Counted from the stretch's first letter, positions 27,901-41,851 are shown. The stretch is DNA of 64,000 bases from Octopus vulgaris (GCA_951406725.2 OX597828.1:73966001-74030000), one strand, 5' to 3'. Program-made: numbers and translations. The notes: generated from the sequence alone by a model not told the origin.

Positions 27901-28040
27901 TTTAAAAAAAAAAAAAATGAACGAACTACTGAGTTTGGTTTAATGGCCTACCAATATACACTATGAGTTTCTTTGCCCTAGGAGTCGGGAAGACACTCGG
28001 CAAGAAATGGAAGAAAATTTGAAAGAAGAAGAAAAAAAAG
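24908..28040 (+). mobile_element. R4/Dong-clade non-LTR retrotransposon, 5'-truncated, inserted in (TAA)n
   Basis: RT motifs KSPGKD, WIDYKKAFDS, QGDSLSPLIF, YMDD (26315-26326) and YKYLG, then a zinc-knuckle region and REL endonuclease (RHD..NKPDIVV..LIDMSIP..K..KY). (TAA)n lies on both flanks. Confidence 0.93.
24911..27868 (+). pseudogene. Disrupted RT-REL polyprotein of the Dong-like element (intact 637 aa portion 25955-27868)
   Basis: Three consecutive ORF pieces are joined by frameshifts near 25435 and 25790. There is an in-frame TAA at 25895-25897 and the knuckle CxxC is changed to CRFS. Confidence 0.9.
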
Positions 28041-28068
28041 TAATAAAAATAATAATAATAATAATAAC

Positions 28069-28701
28069 AATAAATCATATTATCTCTAGCTGCCCAGTCC
28101 TGGCTAAGAAGGAATATATTCACAGACATGACAGAGTTGGAACCTACATACATTGGAAGTTATGCCAACATTATGGAATAACAACAGAAAAAAGATGGTA
28201 TAGGCACACACCAGAAAAGGTCACAGAAAACGAGAAAGCAACCATACTCTGGGATATGCCGATACACACAGATAGAGAAATTAAGGCCAACAGACCAGAT
28301 ATAGTTGTCAGAGATCATGAAGAAAAAAATGCTTTCTAATTGATGTATCAATACCGGCAGATGACAACGTGTCTCTAAAAGAAATGGAGAAACTTTCAAA
28401 ATACAAAGACCTGGAAATAGAGGTAACCAGAATGTGGAATCTAAAAACAGAAACAATTCCTATCATAGTAGGTGCATTAGGCATGATAAGAAATATTCAG
28501 ACAAATACAAAACAAAAACACCAGGACTTACAAACACATATAACATACAGAAAATTGCACTACTAGGCACTGCACACATCCTACGCAGAACACTTTGAAT
28601 ACAATAACCATCAGAGCATCACAACAAATTACAGCACATACCCAAGGCACACAGAGCTGCGCTCGGTAGTGAAGTGAAAGCACGCTATAAAAACAAAACT
28701 A

Positions 28702-28704
<3 letters not shown>
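28069..28704 (+). mobile_element. Second, divergent R4/Dong-type element, 5'-truncated (REL domain + 3' UTR)
   Basis: TINHIISSC..RHDRVGTYIHW..ILWD..NRPDIVV..KYKDLEIE..IPIIVGALG with frameshifts. It is bounded by (TAA)n on both sides. Confidence 0.9.
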
Positions 28705-28778
<74 letters not shown>

Positions 28779-28787
28779 TGATGATAG

Positions 28788-28822
<35 letters not shown>

Positions 28823-28824
<2 letters not shown>

Positions 28825-29010
28825 CCTTTCTATTTGGGAGAAGGGATTAAGTCGATTACATCGAACCCAGTGTTTCACTGGTACTTTATTTGTCGACCCC
28901 GAAACAATGAAAGGCAAAGTCAACCTCGGCGAAATTTAAACTCAGAACGTAAAGAGGTAAGAAAAAATAATGAAAAGTATTTTTTGCTACCGCTCTAACG
29001 ATTGCGCCGC
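28823..29010 (-). mobile_element. SINE family B monomer (another partial copy to ~29160)
   Basis: Body 'gaggttgactttgcctttcat..gggtcgac..agtaccagt' with an (ATC)n/(ATT)n tail. Confidence 0.75.
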
Positions 29011-30073
29011 TGCGCTCTGTGATTTAGGTAGCTTTTGAGAGGAAGGTGTAAGTCGATGTCATCGCCCCCACTCCCGCACTTCACTGATACCCAATTTTCT
29101 CGACCCCGGAGGAATGAAAGGCAAAGGCAATGTTACATGGGATTTGAACTCAGAGCATAAAGTGTCTGAAGAAAAAAATGCAAATCAGTTTCTCCATGGT
29201 GATGATGATGACGACGACGATGGTGACGACGATGATGGTGATGATGATGAAAATGTTAATGACAATGATGAAGATGATGATGACGATGAGATGACAGCAA
29301 CGACGACGATGAGGAGGAGGTTTGAGGATGATGATGACGGTTATGGTGATGATGGATATGGTGATGATGACGATGAAGGATCAGGATGATTCTGATAATG
29401 ACGACGACGACAATTATGATGATGCCGGTTGGAAATACCAACTTTTCCGAACCAATCCTAAAGAAAGTGCTAAAAATCTTTCGAAGCGGAGCCAGTTCTG
29501 TGGAACTAATCCAATATGGCTAAATGGAAGGAAAGGAATATTTCTTGGAACAATAAGTAGATCAGTAAAGACCTTAATTCCAACAGGACTGCAGAAATAA
29601 ACCATAAAATTCCCGGATAAAAGCTATTATCGATGAAATCAATATGGTCTCTACTTAAAACTAAAAGCAGTTCTTGCAGGAGACAACGTTGATAGAAAAG
29701 CGAAATCCTGAGTTCCGGGTCGAAATCTCATTGCTATGTCTTTTATATGTGTTTATCGATTATAATTAAATAATTGTATTTGATTTATGAGGAGAGACAC
29801 ACAACCTAATGGTACTAAGTATTAGACTTCCGGTCACAGCTTTCCGACCAGTTCAGTCAGAGTTTATTATTTGGTATTCTTTATTACAAGTTAATCACGG
29901 GCAGATTCCGTGACGCTTTACAGCGGTTCGAAGGCTAGTGGGAGGAAGAGGAAGAAGAAAAGGAAGATATACATAGGTATAAGATCCCTGCCTCAATGCT
30001 TACGACAGTCGACTCGGCTTAAAGCACGGAGAGACGAGATGACGGCTGCATTAAGCCGGGCGTTAGATTAGAA

Positions 30074-30164
30074 ATGTCACTTAAGAACAACAACGTTCCG
30101 TCTGGCACTGTTCCATACAGTTGCTGTCAAGCAAATCCTCCTGAAAGACTGTTGTTAACTCGAG
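30074..30164 (+). other. Weak candidate exon (MSLKNNNVPSGTVPYSCCQANPPERLLLTR) ending at a GAG|GTAAGG donor
   Basis: Open frame from an ATG to a consensus 5' splice site in unique sequence, with an ETS-like CTTCCGG at ~29827. No partner exon was found. Confidence 0.15.
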
Positions 30165-31089
30165 GTAAGGTAGAAAAAAAGTTCAAGTTGTGCAATGAGA
30201 TGGATAACTTAACCGCATGTTTTTAGACGATCTTTGGACAAGACATTTAATATTCATTAGGAGAGTCGTCTAGAATACGTATCAGGTCTTCTAGCAGAAA
30301 TATCGGTAGAGTGAGTTGATTGATGCACAATTTTGGCAATGAAAGACAAGAATAGGAAGTGTATATATTAAGATATAAAGGTATGATATGATATATATAA
30401 TGGAGCAAAAATGCAATAGAGGACAATAAAACATCTAGACAGATCAACGATATAAAAGGCGGACAGGAAAAACAACAGAGGGGACAGGAGAAGAAAGGAC
30501 GGGTCATTCGTGGCGTTATTTCACCAGTCAAGTTTCCAGATCGTCCTTACAGTTTCAGGCAGTTACACTTGGGTCTGTTCAAATCTGGTTTCCTCCAAAA
30601 AGTCTAAGCTTAGATTTTTTGTAAGAAAGCAAGTAAATATATACGACAACGAAGACAATAAAACGAAGAACATGTTACACAATTACAAACACAAACAACA
30701 AAAATATAACAAGCGGTGTCTTTCGACTGAGGACGAATCAAATTGAGCTGGCGTGTATAGAATGAAAGCCTTGGGGCAGGAAGATAGGAGTTGAGCACAA
30801 GAGGTGTTGGCGGTCGGCAGTCAGGCCAAGAAAGGAAGATCATGGCTGGCCGAACACCGTCGGTCACGTGGGAGATGGAGAGAAGGGAAGGGAGCCGAGG
30901 GATTGCAGGAAAAAAGGGAATGAAAGAAAAATCAAAGGGACAACGAGAAAGGGACAAAGGAGATAAACGAGGAGGAAAAGTAGGAATTAAAGAAAGAGAG
31001 CGCCACGAATTGTAAGAGAGGGGGAGCGAGAAAAAGAAAAGAAGAAAGTATGAGGCGGGACAAAAGTCAGAATCAAAGAATCGTACAAA

Positions 31090-31131
<42 letters not shown>

Positions 31132-31216
31132 TGTATGTATGTATATATTAAGGTATGTTCTATGTTAGGATTTAAATATGTATCAGGTGTTTTATGTGTG
31201 TGTGTGTATTAAGGTG

Positions 31217-31256
<40 letters not shown>

Positions 31257-31269
31257 ATTTTATTTTATT

Positions 31270-31503
31270 CTTTTATTCTTTTGCTTGTTTCTGTCACTTG
31301 ACTACGGCTATACGAGAGCGGCGCCTTTGGTCGAACAAATCGACCCCAGGAGATATTTTTGAAAGGGCTTGATAGTACTTATTCCATCAGTCTCTTTTGT
31401 CGAACCACTACGTTTCGTAGACATAGACACACCAACATCGGTTGCCAAGTGGAGACAAGCAAACACACAAAGGCGCACAAATACACATATATATGTATAT
31501 ACA

Positions 31504-31569
<66 letters not shown>

Positions 31570-31736
31570 ATATATATATACACGATGGGCTTCTTTCAGT
31601 TTCCATCCATCAAATTCACTCACAAGGCTTTGGTTGGCCCGAGGCTATAGTAGAAGATACTTTCCCAAGGTACCACGCAGTGGGACTGAAACCGGAACCA
31701 TGTTGTTGGGAAGCAAGCTTCTTGCCACACAGCCAC
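31270..31736 (-). mobile_element. SINE family A with expanded internal (TA)n
   Basis: Head 'gtggctgtgtggcaagaagcttgcttccc..ggtttcagtccc' through tail 'tgacagaaacaagcaaaaga'. Confidence 0.85.
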
Positions 31737-31803
31737 AATATTATATAAATGAGTAAATATATACGAGTAACTATTCAAATGAATATTCGTATACATATTA
31801 TTC

Positions 31804-31867
<64 letters not shown>

Positions 31868-32384
31868 GAGAGAGCAGTTCATGCCATCAAAATGACACTG
31901 GGGTAAAATATACGAAGCCCAATATACCCATCATGACTACCCGTCTGATAAGGGTACACCAGGCACATGCATCACAACCATATGTGCGCGACATGGTGAT
32001 CTCATATCAAGATAAACAGCACATGACCTTGCAGGTGGGGCCCAGGTTGAGTAGCCCATCCCGCTCAAAAGGTCCCTGAATAAGGGTTGTTTAAGGATGT
32101 TGAAAGAACCACCCATGTTTCCAGAGGTGAATTATTCAAACCCCAAAGAATCCCTCTCAACACATGGCTATGATGCTACCCCACTACTTCTGCTCGTGAT
32201 CAGAGATGCACATATCGTCAGCCACTAAGGGACATGCTCAACTGGTTAAGGTCAAACAACTGACAAGCAAATATGTTGTATTGAGCAGAATATTTGCTGT
32301 AGACCATCTTTTATACCAAGACAAAACAATGTACATGATAACACTTCCAATCAGTTAAGATCAGAAGCCATGAGAACCACTGCC
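31868..32384 (-). mobile_element. ~550 bp non-coding (TAA)n-associated element, copy 1
   Basis: High similarity to 47963-48443 and 60280-60833 and embedded in (TTA)n. Strand is inferred from repeat polarity and truncation. Confidence 0.85.
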
Positions 32385-32418
<34 letters not shown>

Positions 32419-32491
32419 CATTATTATTATTATTATTATTACTATAATTATTATTATTATTATTATCATCATTTTTATTATTATTATTATT

Positions 32492-32539
32492 CAGTAGTTT
32501 TATTTTTATAGCGTGCTTTCACTTCACTACCGAGCGCAG

Positions 32540-32542
<3 letters not shown>
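32492..32542 (-). mobile_element. 51 bp extreme 3'-end insertion of the Dong-like family at 28069-28704
   Basis: Reverse complement of 28654-28704 with one mismatch, embedded in (TTA)n. Confidence 0.9.
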
Positions 32543-32622
<80 letters not shown>

Positions 32623-32667
32623 AATTATTATTATTATCAGCAGTAAGTATAGCAATAATTAATAATA

Positions 32668-33220
32668 TTTTCTATTCTAGGCACAAGGCCCGAAATTTTG
32701 GGGGAGGGGCCAGTTGATTAGATCGACCCCAGTACGCAACTGGGTCTTAATTTGTCGACTCTGAAAGGAATTTGAACTCAGAGCATAAAGACAGACGAAA
32801 TACCTATTTCTTTACTACCCACAAGGGGCCAAACACAGGAAGGACAAACAAGGACAGACAAATGGATTAAGTCGATTATATCGACTCCAGTGCGTAACTG
32901 GTACTTAATTTATAGACCCCGAAAGGATGAAAGGCAAAGTCGACCTCTGCGGAATTTGAACCCAGAACGTAACGGTAGACGAAATACTTATTTCTTTATT
33001 ACCCACAAGGGGCTAAACATAGAGGGGACAAACAAGGACAGACATAGGTATTAAGTCGATTACATCGATCCCAGTGCGTAACTGGTACTTAATTCATCGA
33101 TCCCGAAAGGATGAAAGGCAAAGTCGACCTCGGCGGAACTTGAACTCAGAACGTAACAGCAGACGAAATACCGCTAAGTACTTCGCCAGGTGTGCTAACG
33201 TTTCTGCCAGCTCGCCGCTT
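32668..33220 (-). mobile_element. SINE family B, trimeric form, with 18 bp TSD
   Basis: One head plus three tandem bodies. The TSD 'tagcaataattaataata' is at 32650-32667 and, split by the Helitron, at 33223-33231 + 33610-33618. Confidence 0.88.
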
Positions 33221-33231
33221 TGTAGCAATAA

Positions 33232-33609
33232 CTAGCAGTATCGCCCGGCGTTGCTCAGGTTTGTAAGGGAAATAACTATAAAGCATTTTTAGAGAGTTAT
33301 AGCCAAAAAATAGCAAAAAAATGGAAAAAAAATTATGGTAAATTTTTTTGAGAGTTAAAAAAGGTGGAGTCCCCTAGACGGTCTGTGGTTTGGGTTTCTG
33401 ATTCTCGACCCCATGTCGAATTTATCGATTTTTTTCAGAACTGGGGGAACTTTTCAAAATTTTCGCTGCGTTAGTTTTGAATTATGACATTGGGCTATGT
33501 GTGTGTCAAGTTTCATCAGAATCGGTTGAAAGCCGTGGTCAGAGTGAGGGTACGAGAAAACAGACACACAGAAAACGCACAGACAAACTGCCGTTTATAT
33601 AGAGAGAGA
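33232..33609 (-). mobile_element. Non-autonomous Helitron
   Basis: 5' TC, subterminal hairpin, CTAG 3' end and A|T target. The 3' ~120 bp are shared with 4581-4977 and the remainder is different. Confidence 0.85.
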
Positions 33610-33862
33610 TTAATAATAACAATATCAGTGGCCAGCAAGCAATAGTGCCGTTAAATAGCTAAAAGATAAAATTCTGTCATTAATTTGTAATTATATTAGA
33701 GGGTACACAAAGTACCAGCTTGCTAGAATTAAGAGCCAAAATCCTGAAATAAGCCTTTGTCTCCCTGAAAAACATAACGGACCAACAGATGATCGGGCAA
33801 ACGAGCAAATAAATTTTATATACCACCTCAGCTGAGACTTGTAGAATGAGGTAACAGATATA

Positions 33863-33913
33863 CCCGTATCATGATTTCGAATTTTGGGTTATTCCTTAAT
33901 TCTCTTCAGCAGA
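33863..33913 (-). ncRNA. Type I hammerhead ribozyme motif with intact core
   Basis: TCTG-CTGAAGA-GAATT..AATTC-GAAA-TCATGA-TA-CGGG: canonical G10.1-C11.1 pair, palindromic stem III, AUA triplet, and stem I with G-U wobbles. Confidence 0.75.
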
Positions 33914-34634
33914 CCATCATGTTAAAAATCCTACTCGCCTCGTTGTGTCCGTTAAGCGTATATATAACGTGGGGTGTATGTTAAGATAAATTACGTATTA
34001 AGTAATGTTATATAATGTCTATCATTATACGTATGTATACATATCTTAAGATGTGGTATGTATTGGATATAGTATATATTCAGTGTACATTTGTGTGTGT
34101 GTGCGTGTTAATTTATGGTATATATTAAAACATATAAACGGCGTGGGGTTCATATAATCTGTAGGGTGACAGACAAAACGTATTGTGGTATTTGATTACG
34201 TTCCTTTAGAAAATCCTCATGACCCCTTCACGTTTCATCTGTCTTCAGAAAGCGATGCCCTAGGAAAAGGATTCCTTTGAAAATAACCGAATGGAAATGA
34301 TGTCGGACAAACAATTCCACAACGTCTGTCAGTTGGCAACGCGTGTCTGTGTAACAGTAAACAGCAGTGCGCTTCTTTTCTGAGCGTCTCTATAGCTATC
34401 TTTCCGTTATCATTACACCTGCTCTCGCATCTCATATGTCACACATTCAGTCATAAACAACGTTTTCCCACACACACACACACATTGTAATAACAAAATT
34501 AATTATACAACTTTGAATCTCATTGTCAGTTTTAGCACGCTCACGCTCATATATGTATGGGGAGAGAGAGAGGCGAGGAAGTACCTGTGTGTGTGAGTGT
34601 GTGCATGTTCGTGTATGTGTGCGTGTGTTTTTAT

Positions 34635-34683
<49 letters not shown>

Positions 34684-34947
34684 ATCAAAATAAGCAACAA
34701 GAATGACTCCGGTAATTTGGTACGATCGTTTCGTACTACATCATTTTATTAAATGTTGTAAGTATTACAACAGTTCTAAGATGCTGAGCACTCATTAGCC
34801 AATTATAGAGGTTTTCCATTAATACAAAAATGTTTATATCAAGTGGCAACATTATAGAGAAGGTAGATACATAGACAAAGATGTGGATTTAAAGTTTACG
34901 AACATTTGAGGTAGTGGAGCCCATCAACTGACATATATATGTATATA

Positions 34948-35032
<85 letters not shown>

Positions 35033-36016
35033 CAGTATCGACCAGAAGATCAGCTGCTGTTATACACCGACGCTCACAATGCTCTTCCAATTCTGTCTTG
35101 ATTGCACCAATCGTTTCCACTATGAGTCGAATTGTGTAGCCAAAGCGCCTTCCCCTCATCGTGGACCTCTTCCAACCCACCGAAGAATCACTAAGCCACA
35201 GAAGAAAACAGTCGCGATGGGGGGAAACATTGGTGAAGAAGAATAGCGTCTTACCTCCGCCAAGGTTGTAGGAGGAATGCTAGTTAATTTGATAAAATGA
35301 TTTCGAATTTAGCACCAAAGGCGCCTGAATCTCTCAGACTGCGGGATTCACAAGCACTCGTAGCCGGACTTGTAGATTTCTTTTTAAAATCAAGTCTAGA
35401 GTTGTTTGTTTAGAAGAAACTTTTCTTCTTTTTTGGTCCCTGTAATTTTTTCTGCAACACACAGAAGCATTTGTTATGGTAGTAGAAAATGTTGCACGAA
35501 ATTTCGATCTTGTGCTTGAAAAATAAAACTCATAAACCCGGTAGATCTCGTAAAACGGGTCCTCATAAAGTCAAGTATTACTGTGTTTTATATATAAAAC
35601 AACAACCCTTTCCGAGCCATGGGGTCATAAGGCCGATTTCCCATATTCAGTAGCGTACTTCTTCCTCTCCTGGGGCGTTGGTCCGTTGCAGGATTGCTAT
35701 TTTTGCCAGATGAGTGAAATAGAAGTGCTTTGCTCAAAAACGTCACGCATCGCTCTGTCAGAGAATCGAAACTACAGTCTTACGATCATGAGTTGCGTAC
35801 AACACCCTAACTACTAAACAAGAAGTGACATAGCGGAACTGTTATTTTAACGGGTTGTATCTATTTATCACCCGACGAGATACAACTGCACCACCGAATG
35901 CTCCTGAACCAGTTGTTGAGTGTCCAACCCATGAGGAATCGATGGTAGATGTGTCGAAACAATTGTCGCAATTAATAATAAATTTTCGTTTATTCCATCT
36001 TCCGTCTTTCATTTGC

Positions 36017-36105
<89 letters not shown>

Positions 36106-36106
36106 G

Positions 36107-36308
36107 TAGGTCCCGGGTTGATTCGGGGTTAACCACAGTAAATAAGGTACTCAATACATAGCAGAGTAAAATTAATTTATTATATAGAAGGAGCTTCTAC
36201 AGGACTAGAACTGTTTCATTCAAGAGAAATCTTCAGGAAGCTCAGGAGCTTCCTGAAGATTTCTCTTGAATGAAACAGTTCTAGTCCTGTAGAAGCTCCT
36301 TCTATATA

Positions 36309-36314
<6 letters not shown>
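36107..36314. mobile_element. Palindromic PLE-type terminal element in (TA)n: 69 bp perfect inverted arms (36175-36314, 2 nt spacer) plus ~68 bp one-sided tail
   Basis: The arms are exact reverse complements, (TA)n flanks both sides, and each arm carries a full HHR. Confidence 0.82.
36244..36300 (+). ncRNA. Type I hammerhead ribozyme (mirror copy on the minus strand at 36191-36243)
   Basis: AGGAGCTTC-CTGAAGA-T-TTC tctt GAA-T-GAAA-CAG ttctagtc CTG-TA-GAAGCTCCT: 9 bp stem I, intact core, GUA triplet, predicted cut after 36291. Confidence 0.8.
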
Positions 36315-36405
<91 letters not shown>

Positions 36406-38148
36406 TGTATGTATGTATGCATGCTTGCATGTATACACGCCAACGAAATAGTTTTCATAACTTAAGGGCTCTGCTAAAGAATTCGATAAAATAAGTATCA
36501 CGCTTAGAAAAAAAGATAAGTACTGGAGTTGCTTTGTGCGACTAAATCATTTCAAGGCGGTGCACCAGCCTGGCCGCAGACCAATGACCGAAACAAGCAC
36601 AAAAGTTAAACTATACAGAACAACAACACAATATACAGGTACGACATTCCGTAAACCTTAGAAAAATCTCATATTATGTTGGATCCCCACATTATTAACG
36701 AGGTTTTTTAAAGTTGTGTTCACAATATCATTCCTCCCACACAAACGAACTCACTCATTGAGCACACCAACAGCTAAGGTTTTCCCCTACACTTTATGTT
36801 TAGCGGAGAAGGTTTACATATTCAAATGAAAACATAACCAACGGAAACTTACTGGTAAATATCAGTCAGTTTAGCTTATAGCGTACTTTCAAATGAGAGA
36901 AAACTTATAAAATGTGATGAACATACATAATTCATAGCGATATGATTTCGTCATTGCAGCTGCTACAATACAAATTAGACATGTGTGTATTCACGTGTAT
37001 TTGTATGTATGTGTGTGTGTGTGTGCGCACACGCGCTCAGTGTATGCTTTTATACAGATGTGGAGAGAGAAGGAGAAGGTTTGTAGATGAATTAAAGAAA
37101 AGCTTATACTTCGAATATAAAATATTTACTGAGATACTCTAAAAATTCTCATTTATTATCTAAATCACTAAGAATAGAGAAAGAAAGATGCAATGGCGGA
37201 CAAAGAGAGTATACACATACATACAAAGAGACAGAAATATGGACATACATACACATATGTATTTATGAATATATATACATATATACATTTATATATATAT
37301 ACATATACACACACACAGATGCATATATATATGCGAGTGTAATTATATTTGTGTCTATGTGAATGTATGAACGTATGTATGAATGTACTTATATATATAT
37401 ATATGTGTGTGTATGTGTGTGTATGTGTGTGTACGTGTGTGTGTATGTATGTATATATGTATGTATGTATTTATTTATATATGTATATATATATGTGTGT
37501 GTGTCTGTGTATGCGTCTGTGAAGGTACTGTACAGATGCGTGTGGAAGCCAGTCGAGCAAGTATGTATATGTGTATATGTATATGTGTATATGTATATGT
37601 GTATATGTATATGTGTATATGTATATGTGTATAAGTATCGGTGTTTATGTGTGATTGAATACGTATGTATGTGTATACGTGGGTGTACATGTGACTGCAT
37701 CTCTCTCAATGCGTGCCAGTAAACAAGTTGCGGCACGGTGATTTATAACTCCTCCCCTATCGCCCTCGCATCCAACCTGTATCTGTATATTCACCTGGCT
37801 TTCTTGTCAAAAGGTGAAGCAACTTGACCTCTCACTCCACATTCTATTTGGCGCGCTGTGTTATCTGCACCACTATAGATTTCTGGTTATGGAAGACCTA
37901 AATGGTATCTTGCTTCTCTCCTGCGTGTTTCAATTCTACACTTCGTCTCTTTTCGAGGGCGTCTTCAGTTCATTATGGACACTGCAATTATATCTTGCAG
38001 ATTTGGATTGCATTTATAGGGCGTCGTCATTAGTGAAATAATTAATGTACACCGAAACATTTGTAATTAATGTAATGAAGGAATACAAAACTCATAAACA
38101 CGCTTTTCTTTCGTTATCAATGTGCTCTTTGTATTACGTTGTAACCCT

Positions 38149-38227
<79 letters not shown>

Positions 38228-38309
38228 CATACATATATACATATATATATACATATATGCATATATATATATATGTATACATATATACATACATATATAT
38301 ACATAAATA

Positions 38310-38358
<49 letters not shown>

Positions 38359-38469
38359 ACATATATACATACATATATATATATCAGTGAAGCTATACAT
38401 TAGCGTCGTATTATTACGTTCGCAATTTTCCAGTAAATATCGGTACTTCGTTGTGCCATATATTTACTT

Positions 38470-38528
<59 letters not shown>

Positions 38529-38599
38529 TTCGGTGCGAATGGTTTTGTTATACGTTGCCGTGTTTTACAATCCTGTAAATAATAATGATGGTATTTTTC

Positions 38600-38805
38600 T
38601 ATAAGCTTAAATCTTATGGCGATCACCGTGCAATGACTAAGGAATATGCTCTATTAGAGGAGCATATAAGCTCCTAGTGGAAAAAAGGTTTTCCTACTCA
38701 CGCGGATAGAAAAGCCTCCTTTTTTCAGTCGAAGGATTATGTGCCCCTTTATTAGACTATATTTTCAGTCAATGCGCGGTGATCGCCATAAGCTCTAAGT
38801 TTATA
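38600..38805. mobile_element. Hairpin MITE with ~55 bp imperfect TIRs, TA-flanked
   Basis: 'tataagctta..cttatggcgatcaccgtgcaatgact' is inverted to 'agtcaatgcgcggtgatcgccataag..taagtttata'. Confidence 0.8.
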
Positions 38806-38820
38806 CATACATACATACAT

Positions 38821-38857
<37 letters not shown>

Positions 38858-38910
38858 TACATACATACATACATACATACATACACACATACATACATAC
38901 ATACATACAT

Positions 38911-38943
<33 letters not shown>

Positions 38944-38992
38944 TACATACATACATACATACATACATACATACACACACACATACATACAT

Positions 38993-39520
38993 GTTAGTTA
39001 GTTAGTTAATTTGGCTCAAAAGCAAATAGCAAGGCCATGTAGGGGGACATGGAGTTAAGTACAGGGTGGTGTTCATGTAAAGAGTTCAGGCCACTTGAGG
39101 TCCAGGGAGGCTTTGAACAAAGCGGTCGTCGGCATCTTCACCATCTCGTGTGGCAGCTTGTTCCACGGATCCGCAACCCGGACGGAGAAAGCTCCTCTCC
39201 TTCGATTGAGATGAAATCGTCGCAGATAGAGCTTTTCGGAATGACCCTACAGCCGATGCTCTGGAGCAGGAGTGAAGAACAGCTCTTTCGAGAGGTTACA
39301 CTTTCCGCTTATGATGTTGTGGGCGAGAATGAGATCACCACGGCGGCGGCGTTTTTCAAGAGAATAAAGGTCGAGCGTCCTCAGCCTTTCTTCGTAGGAC
39401 AAATTTTTGAGACCATGAACCAGGCGGGTAGCCAGCCTCTGGACTCTTTCGAGGTGCTTTATGTCTTTGAGGAGATAAGGAGAAGAGGCTTGAATCCCAT
39501 ACTCCAATATGGGTCTCATA
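38993..39520 (-). mobile_element. CR1-type LINE 3' fragment in (TACA)n
   Basis: RPILEYG..SPYLLKDIKHLERVQRLATR..LSYEERL..LEKRRRRGDLI..(stop)GHSEKL..FSVRVADPWNKLP, then a short 3' UTR ending in an (AACT)n tail. Confidence 0.9.
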
Positions 39521-39888
39521 TACATACATACATACAAACATACATACATACATACATACATACATACATACATACATACATACATACACACACATACATA
39601 CATACATACATACATACATACATACATACATACATACATACATACATACATACATACATACATACATACATTCAAATTGTGACCGCGTGTGTATAATTGG
39701 CAATTTTTTTCCTCCGTCTTCCCTTCCTTCGATCTTTCCTTTTCGTATTTTTCCGCTCGAAACGTTAAATCCTCCTTCTTTCTTTCCTTTCCTGGACGTC
39801 CAATAACACTGTACTTGTTCCACGTTCTCGCGTTGTTGTGTTTCCATGTTTGGATTCACTACATATATATATATATATATATATACAT

Positions 39889-40943
<1,055 letters not shown>

Positions 40944-40953
40944 ATATATATAC

Positions 40954-41073
<120 letters not shown>

Positions 41074-41231
41074 ATATGCATATATATATAAATATATATA
41101 TATATGCATATATATACACATATATGCATATATATACATATATATATAGTATATATTATTTACTATTTATATAAATATAGAGAGAGATATAAATATATAC
41201 ATATATACATATACATACATATACATATGTA

Positions 41232-41263
<32 letters not shown>

Positions 41264-41784
41264 CACATATATATATATATATACACGTGTACGTACACGT
41301 GCGTTGGAGGCTGCGGGTGGTGCTGGTGGTAATAAATAAAGCCTTATGCGTCTCTTTCGATGTTTCAAATGTTTCTTTCTTTGTTTTTTTCTTTCTTTCT
41401 TTCTTCCTTTCTTACTATCGATAATAATGAATAAAGATTTAAATTTGCTTCGTAATATTTCTAAGAAAGAAATGGCGGCCGAACGATTCGATTTCTCCAT
41501 AAAGACATTTCTATGGACTTTGGTGCAGATAGAAGCTTAGTTTATGAGAGTTCTGTTGAAAGAACATTTGGAATCTGGGTCTCAGCAAATTGACGTTTGT
41601 TAAATGAAGCGTAAGAGAAAGCTGTTTGACACCCAAGATAACACAGGTACAGTTATACACACACATGTATAACTATGTGTATGTATATGTATACACATGT
41701 ACGTGTAATATATACACAAAATATATACATAAACATATATGTATAATATATACTTGTTTATCAAACTTTTTATGATTTTATGTA

Positions 41785-41851
<67 letters not shown>

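Noticed and set aside
34225-34252. Minus-strand CTGAAGA..GAAAC motif
   Set aside because: No stem II pairing and a GUG triplet. It is probably chance, within a possible mariner relic (34235-34435) that is itself too degraded to call.
35030-35180. Peptide resembling a REL-LINE C-terminus (LIVETIGAIK)
   Set aside because: Too short and diverged to support a call.
39672-39862. PLE-like terminal fragment with 'gctcgaaacgtt'
   Set aside because: The CUGANGA half of the core is missing, so it was not counted as a ribozyme.
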